64,000 bases of DNA, taken from NCBI GenBank assembly GCA_963712745.1, contig CAVQJC010000001.1, positions 1-64,000 of the forward strand. The letters are read 5' to 3'. Shown in pieces: positions 30,240-43,477 of the stretch (the first letter of the stretch is position 1; every line of letters begins with the position of its first letter). The notes beneath the pieces were generated by a model. The model was given only the letters and a program-made list of their open reading frames with translations, had not been told where the DNA came from and searched no databases. The position numbers and the translations under genes were made by a program. The stretch comes from an uncultured Chloroflexia bacterium (lineage in GTDB: Bacteria; Chloroflexota; Limnocylindria; Limnocylindrales; CSP1-4).

Positions 30240-32261
30240 TCAGGAGTCTGTGAGGGGCCGCAGTGACCAGGCCGAGACGTCCCAGTCGTAGCGGGAGCCG
30301 GCCGGGTCCACCGGGCCATCGGGTCCGACCACACGTTCGGAGATCGCACTGGTGGCCGAGTCGTACCACAACGGCCAGTAGGGGATGAGCGTCTCCAGCT
30401 CCTCCTGGACGAGTCCGTAGGCCTCGGTGCGTGCGTCTTGGTCCATCGTCTCACGGGCCTCGGCCACGTAATGGTCGACGAGCTCGGAGGTGAAGCCGCT
30501 GGGGTTCTCATCGGCCATGTTGTCTGCGCTGGTGATGCGCGAGGACTCGAATGCGCGCACGGCGCTATCGGGATCGGGCCCCAGCCAGCGAGACCACATG
30601 ATGGTGTCGAAGTCGTTGGGGTGCTGAAGCTGGCTGAGCATGGTGTCCCCGGTGAGGTCTAGCTCGTCCACGATGAGCTCGATGCCGCATTCGGCCAGTT
30701 GCTCCGCGGCCTGGTTGGCGAAGGTGAAGAGGTCGACGCTGGTGGGGCGCACGGCGATGGTGGTGGACAGGCGCGTGCCGTCCTCGCGCACGCGCACCCC
30801 GTCGGTGGCCATGCGCCAGCCGGCTCGCTCCAGGCGCTCGTTGGCGGCAGCCGGGTCACGCTCGGTTCGTCCGGACTCGGGCAGGGCCCAGGAGGTAGCG
30901 GTGAAGGGCGTGTCCGCGAGGTGGCGCTCCTCGTCGAGCGCGGTGGCCAGCCCTTGGCGGTCGATGCACTGCACGAACGCACGCCTGGTCTCGATGTCGA
31001 AGTAGACCCGGTCCGGGCGGACGTTGAAGAGCACACCGAACTGGGTGTCGATGGGATGCGAAGCCGCGCGGAATCCGGGCGAGGCATCGATGACCTCCGC
31101 CTGGTCGTCGGTGACCTCCAGGATCCAGTCGGCCTCGCCGGTAAGCAGCCGGGTCGTGGCCAGCGCGTCGTTGCGCTCGATGCGCACCTCCATGCGGGCG
31201 ATCTTGGGTGCGCTACGGGTGTGCTGGGGGTTGGCCCGCAGCACGTAGGTCCCGTCATCTTCGATGCGCACCAGGCGATAGGGTCCGCCCCCGAAGGGCT
31301 CGACCGTGGCATCGAGCAGTCCCAGCGCGGCCGAGGACTTGTCCACACCGGCGCTGTCGAACACCTGCGCCAGTGCCTCCAGCCGTCGCAGCAGGTCGCC
31401 CAGGTAGGCGTCCTCGTCGAAGAGGCCCGTCTCGTCGATGTAGGGCGCCTGCAGCGGCAGGTCGATACGCGCGCGCTGGAAGATCTGCTCCAGCCGGTCG
31501 CGGTGGTCGCGCAGCAGGCACCCGTCGGGGGGTTCCGCATCAAGACACGCGTCGCGCAGGGTCTGGTCGGTGATGTCGGTGATGATGCGATCGGGCCGGG
31601 CCTCGTTGAGCCGCCCGGCCGCGTCGACGAGCTCCTTGGTGGCCTTCCTCACGTCTTCTTCGGAGAGGATGGGCAGCCGCCCCAGGACCTCGGAGAGGAA
31701 CGGCGCGTGCGGCTTGGACAGGGTCAGCGTGACCTCGTTGTCGTTGCGCTCCATGCTCACGAGGTGATCGCGCACGGTCTCGCACAGCGTGCGCCCCAGG
31801 GGGCACGAGGGCGAGGAGGCCATGCGCAGCGAGTACATCACATCGTCGGCCTTGACCTTCTCGCCGCTGTGGAAGAAGGCGTCTTGTTTGATGGTGATCT
31901 TCCAGGTCAGGCCGTCCTTGCTGATCTCGGGCAGGCCCTTGGCCAGCTCGGGCACCGGCTGCATCCGTTCGTCCAGGCGGTAGAGCGGGTCGTAGAGCAC
32001 GTCCACCAGCAGAGCTTCGGTGGCGTTGAGGTTGTCACCCGGCAGCAGGCGCGTGGGGTGCTCGGGCGCCATCACGACCAGGGTGCCTGCCGAGCGCGCC
32101 TGCGGTGTCGGCGTAGGCTCGGGCGTGGTCGTAGCCACGGGGTCGGAGGTCGGAAGTAGGCTGGGCGATCCCGTCGGCGTCGGGTCCGACAGACAGGCCC
32201 CGGCCACGAAGAGACCGGCCAAGGCCAGGGCCGGCAGCCGCAGCCGGCGCACGAGGCTCAC
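30240..32261 (-). CDS. Family-5 ABC substrate-binding lipoprotein with large insertion
   Basis: Lipobox-like [33 protein letters not shown]; GTG start overlaps the gcvPB stop. Confidence 0.85.
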   Translation of the reverse strand: MSLVRRLRLPALALAGLFVAGACLSDPTPTGSPSLLPTSDPVATTTPEPTPTPQARSAGTLVVMAPEHPTRLLPGDNLNATEALLVDVLYDPLYRLDERMQPVPELAKGLPEISKDGLTWKITIKQDAFFHSGEKVKADDVMYSLRMASSPSCPLGRTLCETVRDHLVSMERNDNEVTLTLSKPHAPFLSEVLGRLPILSEEDVRKATKELVDAAGRLNEARPDRIITDITDQTLRDACLDAEPPDGCLLRDHRDRLEQIFQRARIDLPLQAPYIDETGLFDEDAYLGDLLRRLEALAQVFDSAGVDKSSAALGLLDATVEPFGGGPYRLVRIEDDGTYVLRANPQHTRSAPKIARMEVRIERNDALATTRLLTGEADWILEVTDDQAEVIDASPGFRAASHPIDTQFGVLFNVRPDRVYFDIETRRAFVQCIDRQGLATALDEERHLADTPFTATSWALPESGRTERDPAAANERLERAGWRMATDGVRVREDGTRLSTTIAVRPTSVDLFTFANQAAEQLAECGIELIVDELDLTGDTMLSQLQHPNDFDTIMWSRWLGPDPDSAVRAFESSRITSADNMADENPSGFTSELVDHYVAEARETMDQDARTEAYGLVQEELETLIPYWPLWYDSATSAISERVVGPDGPVDPAGSRYDWDVSAWSLRPLTDS

Positions 32262-33820
32262 TGCGGGCACGGAGTCTCGGCACCGGTCATGGGCTCCCAG
32301 CGCAGGTCGGGCTTGCGGGCGGCAGTGGTCTCGTCGAGGCGCCGCACCGGCGCGTCGTGCGGTGCCGAGGTCAGCAGCTCGGGATCCTCGTGCGCCTCGC
32401 GGGCCACGGCGATGAGCGCATCGGCGAAGGCATCGAGCGTCTCGAGCGACTCGGTCTCGGTGGGCTCGATGAGCAGGCACTCATCGACGATGAGCGGGAA
32501 GTAGATCGTCGGCGGGTGGTAGCCGTGGTCGATGAGGCGCTTGGCGATGTCATACGTGCGCACCCCGGTCGCGGCCTTGATGGCCGAGGCCGAAGCCACG
32601 AACTCGTGCTTGCAGGGACCGTCGAACGGCAGCTCATAGGCCTCCCCCACCCGCAGGCGCAGGTAGTTGGCGGCCAGCACCGCGTCCTCGCTCACCTCGC
32701 GCAGACCGGGCCCGCCATGGGCGCGGATGTAGGCGTAGGCGCGGACGAGGACACCGACGCTGCCGCCGTAGGCGCGCACACGGCCGACGCTCTCCGGTCG
32801 CTCGCCGGGGCGTTCGAGACGGAAGGCGCCGTCGTCCTCGCGCACGACCAGCGGCCCAGGCAGGTACGGAGCCAGGCGCTCGGCCACGGCGATGGGCCCG
32901 GCCCCCGGTCCGCCACCGCCGTGGGGCGTGGAGAACGTCTTGTGCAGGTTGAAGTGCATGACGTCGAAGCCGGCCTGACCGGGGCGGAAGTGGCCCAGCA
33001 CCGCGTTCATGTTGGCGCCGTCCATGTAGGCCAGCGCGCCGGCGGCGTGCACCGCCTCGAGCAGCTCGAGGACGTGGTGCTCGAAGAGGCCCAGCGTGGA
33101 GGGATTGGTCAGCATCACCGCCGCGGTCCGCGGTCCCAGCGCCGCGCGCAGGGCCTCGATGTCCACCAGGCCCTCGGACGTGGAGGTGATGGTGATGGTG
33201 CGGAACCCGGCCATCGAAGCGGTCGCCGGGTTGGTGCCGTGCGAAGAGTCGGGCACGATGACCTCGTCGCGCTCGAGATCGCCACGGGCACGGTGATAGG
33301 CGCGGATGACGAGGATGCCGGTGAGTTCCCCCTGGGCACCCGCGGCCGGCTGCAGCGAGACCGCGGGGAAGCCACCGATCTCGCCCAGCTGCCGCTGCAG
33401 CGTCCACATCAGCTCCAGGCTCCCCTGCGCGAGTGCATCGGGCACCAGCGGATGCAGGCGGGCGAAGCCGGGCAGGCGGGCGGCCCACTCGTTGATCTTG
33501 GGGTTGTATTTCATGGTGCACGAGCCCAACGGGTAGATGCCGCTGTCGACCGAGTAGTTGAGGTGGGAGAGGCGCACGAAGTGGTGGACGACGGTGGGCT
33601 CGTCGATCTCGGGCAGGCCGGCCGGGCTGGCACGGCGGTGCTCGGGGGGCACGCCCTCCAAGGCGTGGGCGGGGGCATGCGGCACCTTGAACGAGGAGCG
33701 GCCCGGTGCAGACAGCTCCGCCAGCGTGGGCTGCAGGTCTGGTCCCACCGCCGAACGGCGGGCGTTCTCCGGCACCAGGATGGGGCGGGGCCGGTTGGTC
33801 TCGAGGTTCGGCGCGCTCAT
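32258..33820 (-). CDS. gcvPB: Glycine dehydrogenase subunit 2
   Basis: [45 protein letters not shown]. Confidence 0.95.
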   Translation of the reverse strand: MSAPNLETNRPRPILVPENARRSAVGPDLQPTLAELSAPGRSSFKVPHAPAHALEGVPPEHRRASPAGLPEIDEPTVVHHFVRLSHLNYSVDSGIYPLGSCTMKYNPKINEWAARLPGFARLHPLVPDALAQGSLELMWTLQRQLGEIGGFPAVSLQPAAGAQGELTGILVIRAYHRARGDLERDEVIVPDSSHGTNPATASMAGFRTITITSTSEGLVDIEALRAALGPRTAAVMLTNPSTLGLFEHHVLELLEAVHAAGALAYMDGANMNAVLGHFRPGQAGFDVMHFNLHKTFSTPHGGGGPGAGPIAVAERLAPYLPGPLVVREDDGAFRLERPGERPESVGRVRAYGGSVGVLVRAYAYIRAHGGPGLREVSEDAVLAANYLRLRVGEAYELPFDGPCKHEFVASASAIKAATGVRTYDIAKRLIDHGYHPPTIYFPLIVDECLLIEPTETESLETLDAFADALIAVAREAHEDPELLTSAPHDAPVRRLDETTAARKPDLRWEPMTGAETPCPQ

Positions 33821-35168
33821 GCCACCGCCTCCCCCAGCGCGGCGGCCAGGCGGCCGATGTCTTCGTCGGTGGTGAGCTCGGTGGCGCACACCAGCAGGGC
33901 CTCGCGCAACTCGGGGTCGTGGGCATACCAGCGCCGCAGCTCCAGGCCCGCCAGCAGCCCCTCGTCGAGCAGGCGCGCATGGACGGCGGCGGCCCCGGGT
34001 ACACGGATGGCGAACTCGTTGAGATAGGGCGCGTCGTGGACGCGCGCGATACCGACAGCCGCGAGGGCGCCTTCCAGCCTGCGCGCGGCGGCCGCGCCCC
34101 GAGGCGGCCACGTCGCGCAAGCCATGGGGGCCCAGCGTGGCCAGGTAGGTCGTGGCCGCGAGGGCGCAGAGGGCCTGGTTGGTGCAGATGTTGGAGGCGG
34201 CCTTGTCGCGTCGGATGTCCTGTTCGCGGGCGCGCAGCGTCATCACGAACGCGCGGCGACCCTCGATATCGGTGGTGCGACCCACCAGCCGACCGGGGAT
34301 CTGTCGCAGCGAGCGCCCCGTCGCAGGCGAGCAGGCCGAGGTAGGGACCGCCGAACTGGGGGGCGATGCCCAGCGGCTGTCCCTCCCCCGCCGCGATGTC
34401 GGCGCCGTATTCGCCCGGCGGCGCCAGCACCGACAGCGAGACCGGCTCGACCACGGCCACGAAGAGCGCCCCCGCGGCATGGGTCAGCTCCGCCGCATGC
34501 GCCATCGGCTCCAGCAGTCCGAAGGCGTTGGGCTGGCCCAGGACCACGCCCGCCACCGGTCGCTCATCGTCGGCCAGCTCGGTCTCCAGCGCGGCCAGGT
34601 CGGTGGTGCCGTCAGGGAGCGTGGGCAGCTCCTCGAGCTCGAGGGTGCCGGCGCTGAAGTAGGTCCGCGCCGTCTCGACGTAGTGGCGGTGGACGGCGCG
34701 ACTGATGAGCACGCGCTCACGCCGGGTGGCGCGGACGGTCATCAGCGCCGCCTCGGCCGTGGCCGAGGCGCCGTCGTAGTGGGAGGCGGAGACGACCGGC
34801 AGGCCCGCCAGCTCGGCGATGAGCGACTGGAACTCGTAGATGGTCTGGAGCGTGCCCTGGCTGATCTCCGGCTGGTAGGGCGTGTAGGCGGTGTAGAACT
34901 CGCCGCGCGAGAGCACCGCGTCGACCGCGGCCGGGATGTGGTGCTGGTACACGCCGGCACCGAGGAACGAGACGAGGTCGGCGCGGTTGCGCCCGGCCAG
35001 GGCCGCCAGCTCGCGGCTGAGGGTCAGCTCCGAGACCGGATCGGCCAGGTCCAGGCCGTCGGCGCGCACGGCTGGGGGGATATCGTCGAACAGCTGCTCG
35101 ACCGACTCGAGGCCGAGCGCGGCCAGCATCTGCGCGCGCGTGTCAGGGGTGTGGGGGCCGTAGACCAT
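33817..35168 (-). CDS. gcvPA: Glycine dehydrogenase subunit 1 (frameshifts near 34320 and 34100)
   Basis: [43 protein letters not shown]. Confidence 0.92.
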
Positions 35169-35172
35169 GCCG

Positions 35173-35553
35173 TCAGTCGCCGATCATCCGGCCATAGGCA
35201 GCGGCATCCAGCAGCCCCTCGGCCGAGCCCGCGTCGTCGAGGCGCAGGCGCACCATCCAGCCGCCCTCGTAGGGCTCGCTGTTGACCAGCTCGGGCTCCT
35301 CGGCCAGGGCCTCGTTGACGGCGATGACCTCGCCCGCCACCGGGGCCAGCAGGTCGCTGGCGGTCTTGACCGACTCGATGACCCCGAAGGTCTCGTCCCC
35401 GGCCAGCTTGCGCCCGACCTCGGGCAGCTCCACGAAGACGACGTCCCCGAGCTCGTCGGCAGCGTAGGCGGTGATGCCGACCACGGCCTCGTCACCCTCG
35501 ATGCGCAGCCACTCGTGATCCTTGGAGTAGCGCAGCGTCCCGGGTACTTCCAC
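35173..35553 (-). CDS. gcvH: Glycine cleavage H protein
   Basis: YSKDHEW, LGDVVFVELP, ESVKTASD lipoyl-Lys. Confidence 0.95.
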   Translation of the reverse strand: MEVPGTLRYSKDHEWLRIEGDEAVVGITAYAADELGDVVFVELPEVGRKLAGDETFGVIESVKTASDLLAPVAGEVIAVNEALAEEPELVNSEPYEGGWMVRLRLDDAGSAEGLLDAAAYGRMIGD

Positions 35554-35617
35554 GTCAGATCCTCCAGCGGTCAACGACAGCCCGTCTGAACTCCCCCGGC
35601 GGGCGCTGGGGTCGGGC

Positions 35618-36715
35618 TCATCGGCCCGTGCGGCGATAGAACGGCAATGGCACGACCTCGGCAGGCACGGCAGCTCCGCGGACGGCGACGTCGAGCATGG
35701 TACCCGGGGCTGCATCTTTGGGCGGGACATAGGCCATGGCGATGGCCTGGCCCAGCGTCGGCGACTGGCTGCCGCTGGTGACGACACCGACCGGATCGTC
35801 CGCAGCGGGGTGCATGACCGCGTAGCCGTGCCGGGCGATCCCGCGGTCACGCAGGACCAGGCCGACGAGCTGCCGGGCAGGGTTGCCCGCGCTCACCATG
35901 AGCGCCTCGCGGCCGACGAACTCGTGGTCCGACTGCACGGCCCAGCCCAACCCGGCTTCGTACGGCGTGGTCGAGCGGTCGAGCTCGTTGCCGTAGAGGG
36001 GCATGCCGGCTTCGAGGCGCAGCGTGTCCCGGGCGCCCAGTCCGCAGGGCACGAGACCGGCCGTTGCGCCGGCCTCGAGCAGCGCCACCCACAGCCCGGG
36101 GGCGTCGGCCCAGGGCACGAAGAGCTCGAAGCCATCCTCGCCGGTGTAGCCCGTGCGGGCCACGAGCGCGGGCAGGCCGGCCACGGTCGCTTCCGCGGCA
36201 GCGTAGTTGCGCAGCGTCGTGAGGTCGCAGTCGGTGAGCGGGGCCAGGACCTCCGCGGCGGCCGGTCCCTGGATGGCGACCAGCGAGGTCGACAGTGTCT
36301 CGTCGCCGAGGCTCGCCTGGTACCCCTCGAGGCGGTCGCGCAAGGTCCCGGCCACGATATCGGTGTTCGATGCGTTGGGTACGACCAGGAACGCTTCGTC
36401 GGCGAGGCGGTAGACGATGAGGTCGTCGATGACACCACCCTCCGCGGTGCACAGCAGCGAGTAGCCGGCCCGCCCGTTCGCCAATCGGCCAGGGTCGTTG
36501 ACCAGGGCGGCCGCCAGCCCAGCCGCTGCGCCCGGACCCTCGATGCGGAGCTCTCCCATGTGTGAGAGGTCGAAGAGTCCGGCTGCGGTCCGCACCGCCT
36601 GGTGTTCTTCGATGATCGACCCATAGCGGACCGGCATCTCCCAGCCACCGAACTCGGTGAAGCGGGCCCCGCGGTCAAGGTGGGCGGCGTAGAGGGCGGT
36701 CCGGCGCGTGCCCAC
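35618..36715 (-). CDS. gcvT: Aminomethyltransferase
   Basis: FGGWEMPV, FDLSHMGE, RTGYTGEDGFE, GLGARDTLRLEAG. Confidence 0.95.
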   Translation of the reverse strand: MGTRRTALYAAHLDRGARFTEFGGWEMPVRYGSIIEEHQAVRTAAGLFDLSHMGELRIEGPGAAAGLAAALVNDPGRLANGRAGYSLLCTAEGGVIDDLIVYRLADEAFLVVPNASNTDIVAGTLRDRLEGYQASLGDETLSTSLVAIQGPAAAEVLAPLTDCDLTTLRNYAAAEATVAGLPALVARTGYTGEDGFELFVPWADAPGLWVALLEAGATAGLVPCGLGARDTLRLEAGMPLYGNELDRSTTPYEAGLGWAVQSDHEFVGREALMVSAGNPARQLVGLVLRDRGIARHGYAVMHPAADDPVGVVTSGSQSPTLGQAIAMAYVPPKDAAPGTMLDVAVRGAAVPAEVVPLPFYRRTGR

Positions 36716-36719
36716 CGGC

Positions 36720-37172
36720 CTAGGCCAGGCCGGCCACGGGCAGGGCCCGCGTGAGGATGTCGCGCTCGGTCGGGAAGCGCATCACCGCCTCGGCTTCACC
36801 GATCCCGAACCAGCGCACCTCCTCGAACTCGTGGTCGTGGTCGGCGATATCGCCGCCGGTGGGCTCCATGAGGTAGTAGTGCACGGTCTTGTGGATGCGC
36901 CGGCCATCCCGCACGAAGCGGTAGTGGATGTCGCCGACGGTCTCGAGGATGCGCACCTCCAGTCCGGTCTCCTCGCGCACCTCGCGCACGGCGGTCTGGG
37001 CGGGCGTCTCGTCGCCGTCGGGCGTGCCCTTGGGCAACGACCAGCTCGCACGATCGCGGCGCCGGCGGCCGAGCACGAGCTCGGGGCCGTCCTGGCTGTG
37101 TCGGATGACCACGCCGCCGGCCGAGAACGCGCGAGTGATGGGTAGCAGGGATCGACTCCTCGGCCTGGCCAC
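36720..37172 (-). CDS. NUDIX hydrolase
   Basis: WSLPKG..GETPAQTAVREVREETG Nudix box. Confidence 0.9.
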   Translation of the reverse strand: MARPRSRSLLPITRAFSAGGVVIRHSQDGPELVLGRRRRDRASWSLPKGTPDGDETPAQTAVREVREETGLEVRILETVGDIHYRFVRDGRRIHKTVHYYLMEPTGGDIADHDHEFEEVRWFGIGEAEAVMRFPTERDILTRALPVAGLA

Positions 37173-37507
37173 TTCAGCGTGGCCGGGGCACCGCGCGGAA
37201 CGAGCGAGGGTCTCGGAGCGCCCGGCGAGGGCTGGACCAGTGGATGGAGGCCGGCCGCTGTGCCGCGTCGGCCAGGGCCGGGGCCGGTCCATCGGCAGTC
37301 AGGCTGCGCGCGGCGCGACGGAGCGTGCCCACCGGGTCGCGCTGGGCCGCGGCACGCGCCGCCCGCGGGATGCGCGGCTCCATCCGCGAGTGGCCGCGCG
37401 CGAGCGGATGTGGTCGGCGGCCGCCGCCCGCGGGCGACACGAATCGCGTCCCTCGGTGTGTCGCACGCATCGATCCGACGCCTCGCTGCATCATGCGATG
37501 GTACCGC

Positions 37508-38434
37508 CTATCCGTCCTCGAGCAGACGCCGTAGCGGCGCAGCTCGAGCTTCATCCAGATCCCCGCGCGCCAGCGCCAACGCCAGCTCCCGCTTGGCCGT
37601 GGCCCGGTACATCTCCAGCGCTCCCGGGGCCAACCGCGACATGGCCGCGAGGTGGTCTCGGACGGTACCCACGTCACCGCGCACGAACGGCCCCGTCAAG
37701 GCGTCTCCGATACCCATGGACTCGGCGTTGGTTAGAGCCTGGCGGATGAGCGGAACATAGATGGCGAGGGCACCGGCCTCGTCGAGCCCGGCCCCTCGAG
37801 CGACCTCGGCCACGCCGTCGAGCAGGCCGATGACGCCGCCTCCGGCCAGCACGGCCGCAGCGTGGTAGGCGGTCTTGCCCGTGGGTGGCAGGCGCACCGG
37901 CTGGGCTCCGATGTCCGTGGCCAGCTGGCCCAGCAGCGTCACCAGCTCCTCATCACCCTCGAGCGCGATGGTCGCATCGGGCAGCGCCGCCACGGCCGCC
38001 TCCTGGCCGGCGAAGGCGACCATGGGATGGAACGAACCCAGCTGGGTGCCGGCGGCACGGGCCGGTTCGAGGACGTGCGAGTCGAGCGCGCCGGAGGTGT
38101 GCACCAGCGCCTGGCCGGCGTACAGCCGCAGCGACGCGGCGACGTCGGCGATGGCGTCATCGGGCACGGTCACGAAGATGAGATCGACCGCGTCGGCGAT
38201 GGCCGCGCCGACAGGTACCGCAGCCGCGTCCGGGACCAGCTGGCGGAAGCGATCGGCGTGGACCGGATCGCGGGAGGCGATGGCGACCACGGGCCAGCCC
38301 GCGCGGGCGAACGCGACACCGAGAGCGCAGGCCACCCTCCCGGCACCGACGAACCCGATACGCGGATGGCCGCTGGGATCGCCGGGCGGATGTGGATGGC
38401 TGTGGCCCGGTGCGCCGCCGTGCGTCTCGTTCAC
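37508..38434 (-). CDS. Rossmann-like + DUF2520 oxidoreductase (PanG-like)
   Basis: IGFVGAGRV, TVPDDAI, HTSGA, FHP, YHAAA, LTGPFVRGD. Confidence 0.85.
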   Translation of the reverse strand: MNETHGGAPGHSHPHPPGDPSGHPRIGFVGAGRVACALGVAFARAGWPVVAIASRDPVHADRFRQLVPDAAAVPVGAAIADAVDLIFVTVPDDAIADVAASLRLYAGQALVHTSGALDSHVLEPARAAGTQLGSFHPMVAFAGQEAAVAALPDATIALEGDEELVTLLGQLATDIGAQPVRLPPTGKTAYHAAAVLAGGGVIGLLDGVAEVARGAGLDEAGALAIYVPLIRQALTNAESMGIGDALTGPFVRGDVGTVRDHLAAMSRLAPGALEMYRATAKRELALALARGDLDEARAAPLRRLLEDG

Positions 38435-38561
38435 GGCTACAGCCTATCGGGCTCGAAAGGCGGTCGTATACTGCGGTCGCATACGAACGACCCGAGGCGG
38501 GCACTCCCGTCAGGAGCCGACAGCACGAGCGCGCCCGCCGCGCCGCATTGGAGCTCGCCTC

Positions 38562-41258
<2,697 letters not shown>

Positions 41259-41278
41259 GCCGGGTAGGCCGCGGAGCG

Positions 41279-42514
41279 TCAGCCGGCGGGGGCCTCTCCG
41301 TCCGCGCCGAGGCCCATGACGTAGCCGCCAGTGGTGACCAGATACAGCTCGCCCGCGTCATCCACGCCGAACGAACGCGGCTGGCCCAGCTCCGTCGGCA
41401 CCCGGCCGACCACGGCCGGGGTAGCCGCTCCCGCCTGCAGCTGCTCAGCCGGCACGGCCCAGATGGTGCCGCTGCAATGGTCCGCGTAGAGGTAGGTGCC
41501 GGCAGGCAGCGATCCGGCAGCACCGCGGTAGGCGTAGCCGCCGACGACGGCGCAGTGGCCGGTCTCGCCATCCTCGTGGGCGTAGGCCACGGCGGGTGCG
41601 ATGTGGTCACCCGGCACGCACTCGTGTCCAGCGACGCAACCCTCTCCCTCCATCACGCTCCAGCCGAAGGATGCCTCGCGCGCTCCCGGCGCCAGCACGT
41701 CGATCTCCTCCCACTGGCTCTGGCCCGCGTCACCGATATAGGCATGACCCGTCTCGCGGTCGAGGCTGAAACGCCAGGGATCGCGCAGGCCGATGGCCTG
41801 GATCTCCGCCCGCGCGGCAGGGTCGTCGGCGAAGCCATTGTCGGCCGGGGTGGCGTAGGGCCAGCCGTGGTCGACATCCAGGCGCAGCAGCTTGCCCAGC
41901 AGGGAGGCGCGGTCCTGGCCGTTGCCGAGCGGGTCGTTGGCGGAGCCGCCATCGCCGATCGCGGCCAGCAGCATGCCCTCGTGGTCGAAGGCGAGCATGC
42001 CCGCCTTGTGCGTGGTGAACGGCTGCGGGATGGTCAGCACCGCCCGCTCGGTCGCCTCGAGGGCGCTGTCGTCGTCGGGCACCTGGAACTCGCTGATGAC
42101 GGTGGCTCCGTCTCCTCGCCGCGAATAGGTGGTGAAGAGGCGCCCGTTCTGGCCGAAGCCCGGATGGAAGGCCAGGCCCAGCAGGCCTCGCTCCTCCTGA
42201 TACAGGACGCGGTCACGGATGTCGAGGAAGAGCTCGGGCTCCACCTCTCCGTCGGCGCTCAGCCGCAGGATGTGACCGTCCTGCTCGACCACGTATCGGT
42301 CGCCCTCCCCGTCGCCCGCCAGCAGGACCGGAGCATCGAAGCCGGCAGCGACGGTCTCGAGGCGGATGGACAGGTCGAGGGGCTCGGCCGGGGACGCATC
42401 ATCGCCGAAGAGCTGGGCGGCCAGAAGCGCCACGATGCCGATGAGACCGATGACGATGATGGCGGCATTGATGACGACCCCCGAGCCGGGGCCGCTCGAC
42501 CTCGCCTCGCTCAC
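41279..42514 (-). CDS. PQQ-dependent sugar dehydrogenase (GSDH family), membrane anchored
   Basis: ERGLLGLAFHP, GDGGS, LGKLLRLD, GLRDPWRFS. Confidence 0.9.
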   Translation of the reverse strand: MSEARSSGPGSGVVINAAIIVIGLIGIVALLAAQLFGDDASPAEPLDLSIRLETVAAGFDAPVLLAGDGEGDRYVVEQDGHILRLSADGEVEPELFLDIRDRVLYQEERGLLGLAFHPGFGQNGRLFTTYSRRGDGATVISEFQVPDDDSALEATERAVLTIPQPFTTHKAGMLAFDHEGMLLAAIGDGGSANDPLGNGQDRASLLGKLLRLDVDHGWPYATPADNGFADDPAARAEIQAIGLRDPWRFSLDRETGHAYIGDAGQSQWEEIDVLAPGAREASFGWSVMEGEGCVAGHECVPGDHIAPAVAYAHEDGETGHCAVVGGYAYRGAAGSLPAGTYLYADHCSGTIWAVPAEQLQAGAATPAVVGRVPTELGQPRSFGVDDAGELYLVTTGGYVMGLGADGEAPAG

Positions 42515-43416
42515 TCCACGTCGTCGGCCGGCACGACTGTCGGGTCAGCCTCGGGTGACGGCGGCGGTGGCAGGGCAACCTCCAGCTGCTCGCGCAGCAC
42601 CAGCAACGGCTGTCCGAAGGCATCACTGAAGGTGAGGCCCTCGACATCGCGCTCCCAGCGCGTGATCTCGCCGAAGAGCGCGAAGAGGCGACGCTCCTGC
42701 TTGCGGGCATCGCCGGTGCAGGCGGGGCCGATGGGTTCGATCGGTCCGATGAGGATGCGCGTGCCCTCGCTGGTGTACTCACCGTCGAGGAAGCGGCAGC
42801 CGCTGCTGCCGGTCACCCCGCCGTCGGCCGCGAGGTCGAGGATGATGGGCACGTCCTCGAGTGGCACCACGGGCTGGCCGTTGGGCCGGGCGTAGCGCTG
42901 GGCGACCCAAGTGCCCGTGACGTCGGTGAAGGCGGGACGCTCGAGCACGACGCGGACGTCGCCGTCCCCATCGAGGAGCTCTAGCCCGGTCGCGCTCGCG
43001 GTCCAGGTGGTGACCGCCTCCAGCGCCACTGAGAACGCGACCGCCTCCTCGGTGCGCTTGGCACCGCATTCGCCGAAGCCCTTGCTCACGATGCCCAGGC
43101 CGATGCGCTCACCCTCGACCGAATAGCCACCGTGGTATTCGCCGCAGCCGGTCTGCCCCTCGAGACGACCCCGCGTCAGCATCGAGAGCGACAGCTCGGA
43201 GCCCTTGCGCGGCTCGACCAGGCCCTCGCCCCAGGCATCGTAGGCCTGGACATCCCAGGTGCCCTCCGGCTGGGCCGGGACCGGGATGGCTTCGGGGCTG
43301 ATGCTCGGGGCGGGCGAGGCGACGCCGGGCTCCTGTGCCAGCACCGCGGCCGTCGAGAGGATGATGGCGGCCAAGGCCACGCCGAGCGTGGTCGACAGGC
43401 GGGTCCTGTTCCTCAT
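42511..43416 (-). CDS. Secreted protein with two META (HslJ-like) domains
   Basis: Signal peptide; two GxxGC motifs (GQTGC, GSSGC), each followed by a second Cys. Confidence 0.75.
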   Translation of the reverse strand: MRNRTRLSTTLGVALAAIILSTAAVLAQEPGVASPAPSISPEAIPVPAQPEGTWDVQAYDAWGEGLVEPRKGSELSLSMLTRGRLEGQTGCGEYHGGYSVEGERIGLGIVSKGFGECGAKRTEEAVAFSVALEAVTTWTASATGLELLDGDGDVRVVLERPAFTDVTGTWVAQRYARPNGQPVVPLEDVPIILDLAADGGVTGSSGCRFLDGEYTSEGTRILIGPIEPIGPACTGDARKQERRLFALFGEITRWERDVEGLTFSDAFGQPLLVLREQLEVALPPPPSPEADPTVVPADDVE

Positions 43417-43477
43417 GTGCATAGCCGTCAGGGTAGCGCCGATGCGTGTGCATGGGGCCAGGCGCTACAGTCGCCCC

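Noticed and set aside
33817-35168. Programmed frameshifting or pseudogenisation of gcvPA (also oppB, dppA, mraY)
   Set aside because: Indels hit essential or otherwise intact genes without recognisable slippery signals; sequencing error is more parsimonious.
36715-37200. Glycine riboswitch upstream of gcvT
   Set aside because: gcvT directly follows the NUDIX gene and no aptamer motifs are visible.
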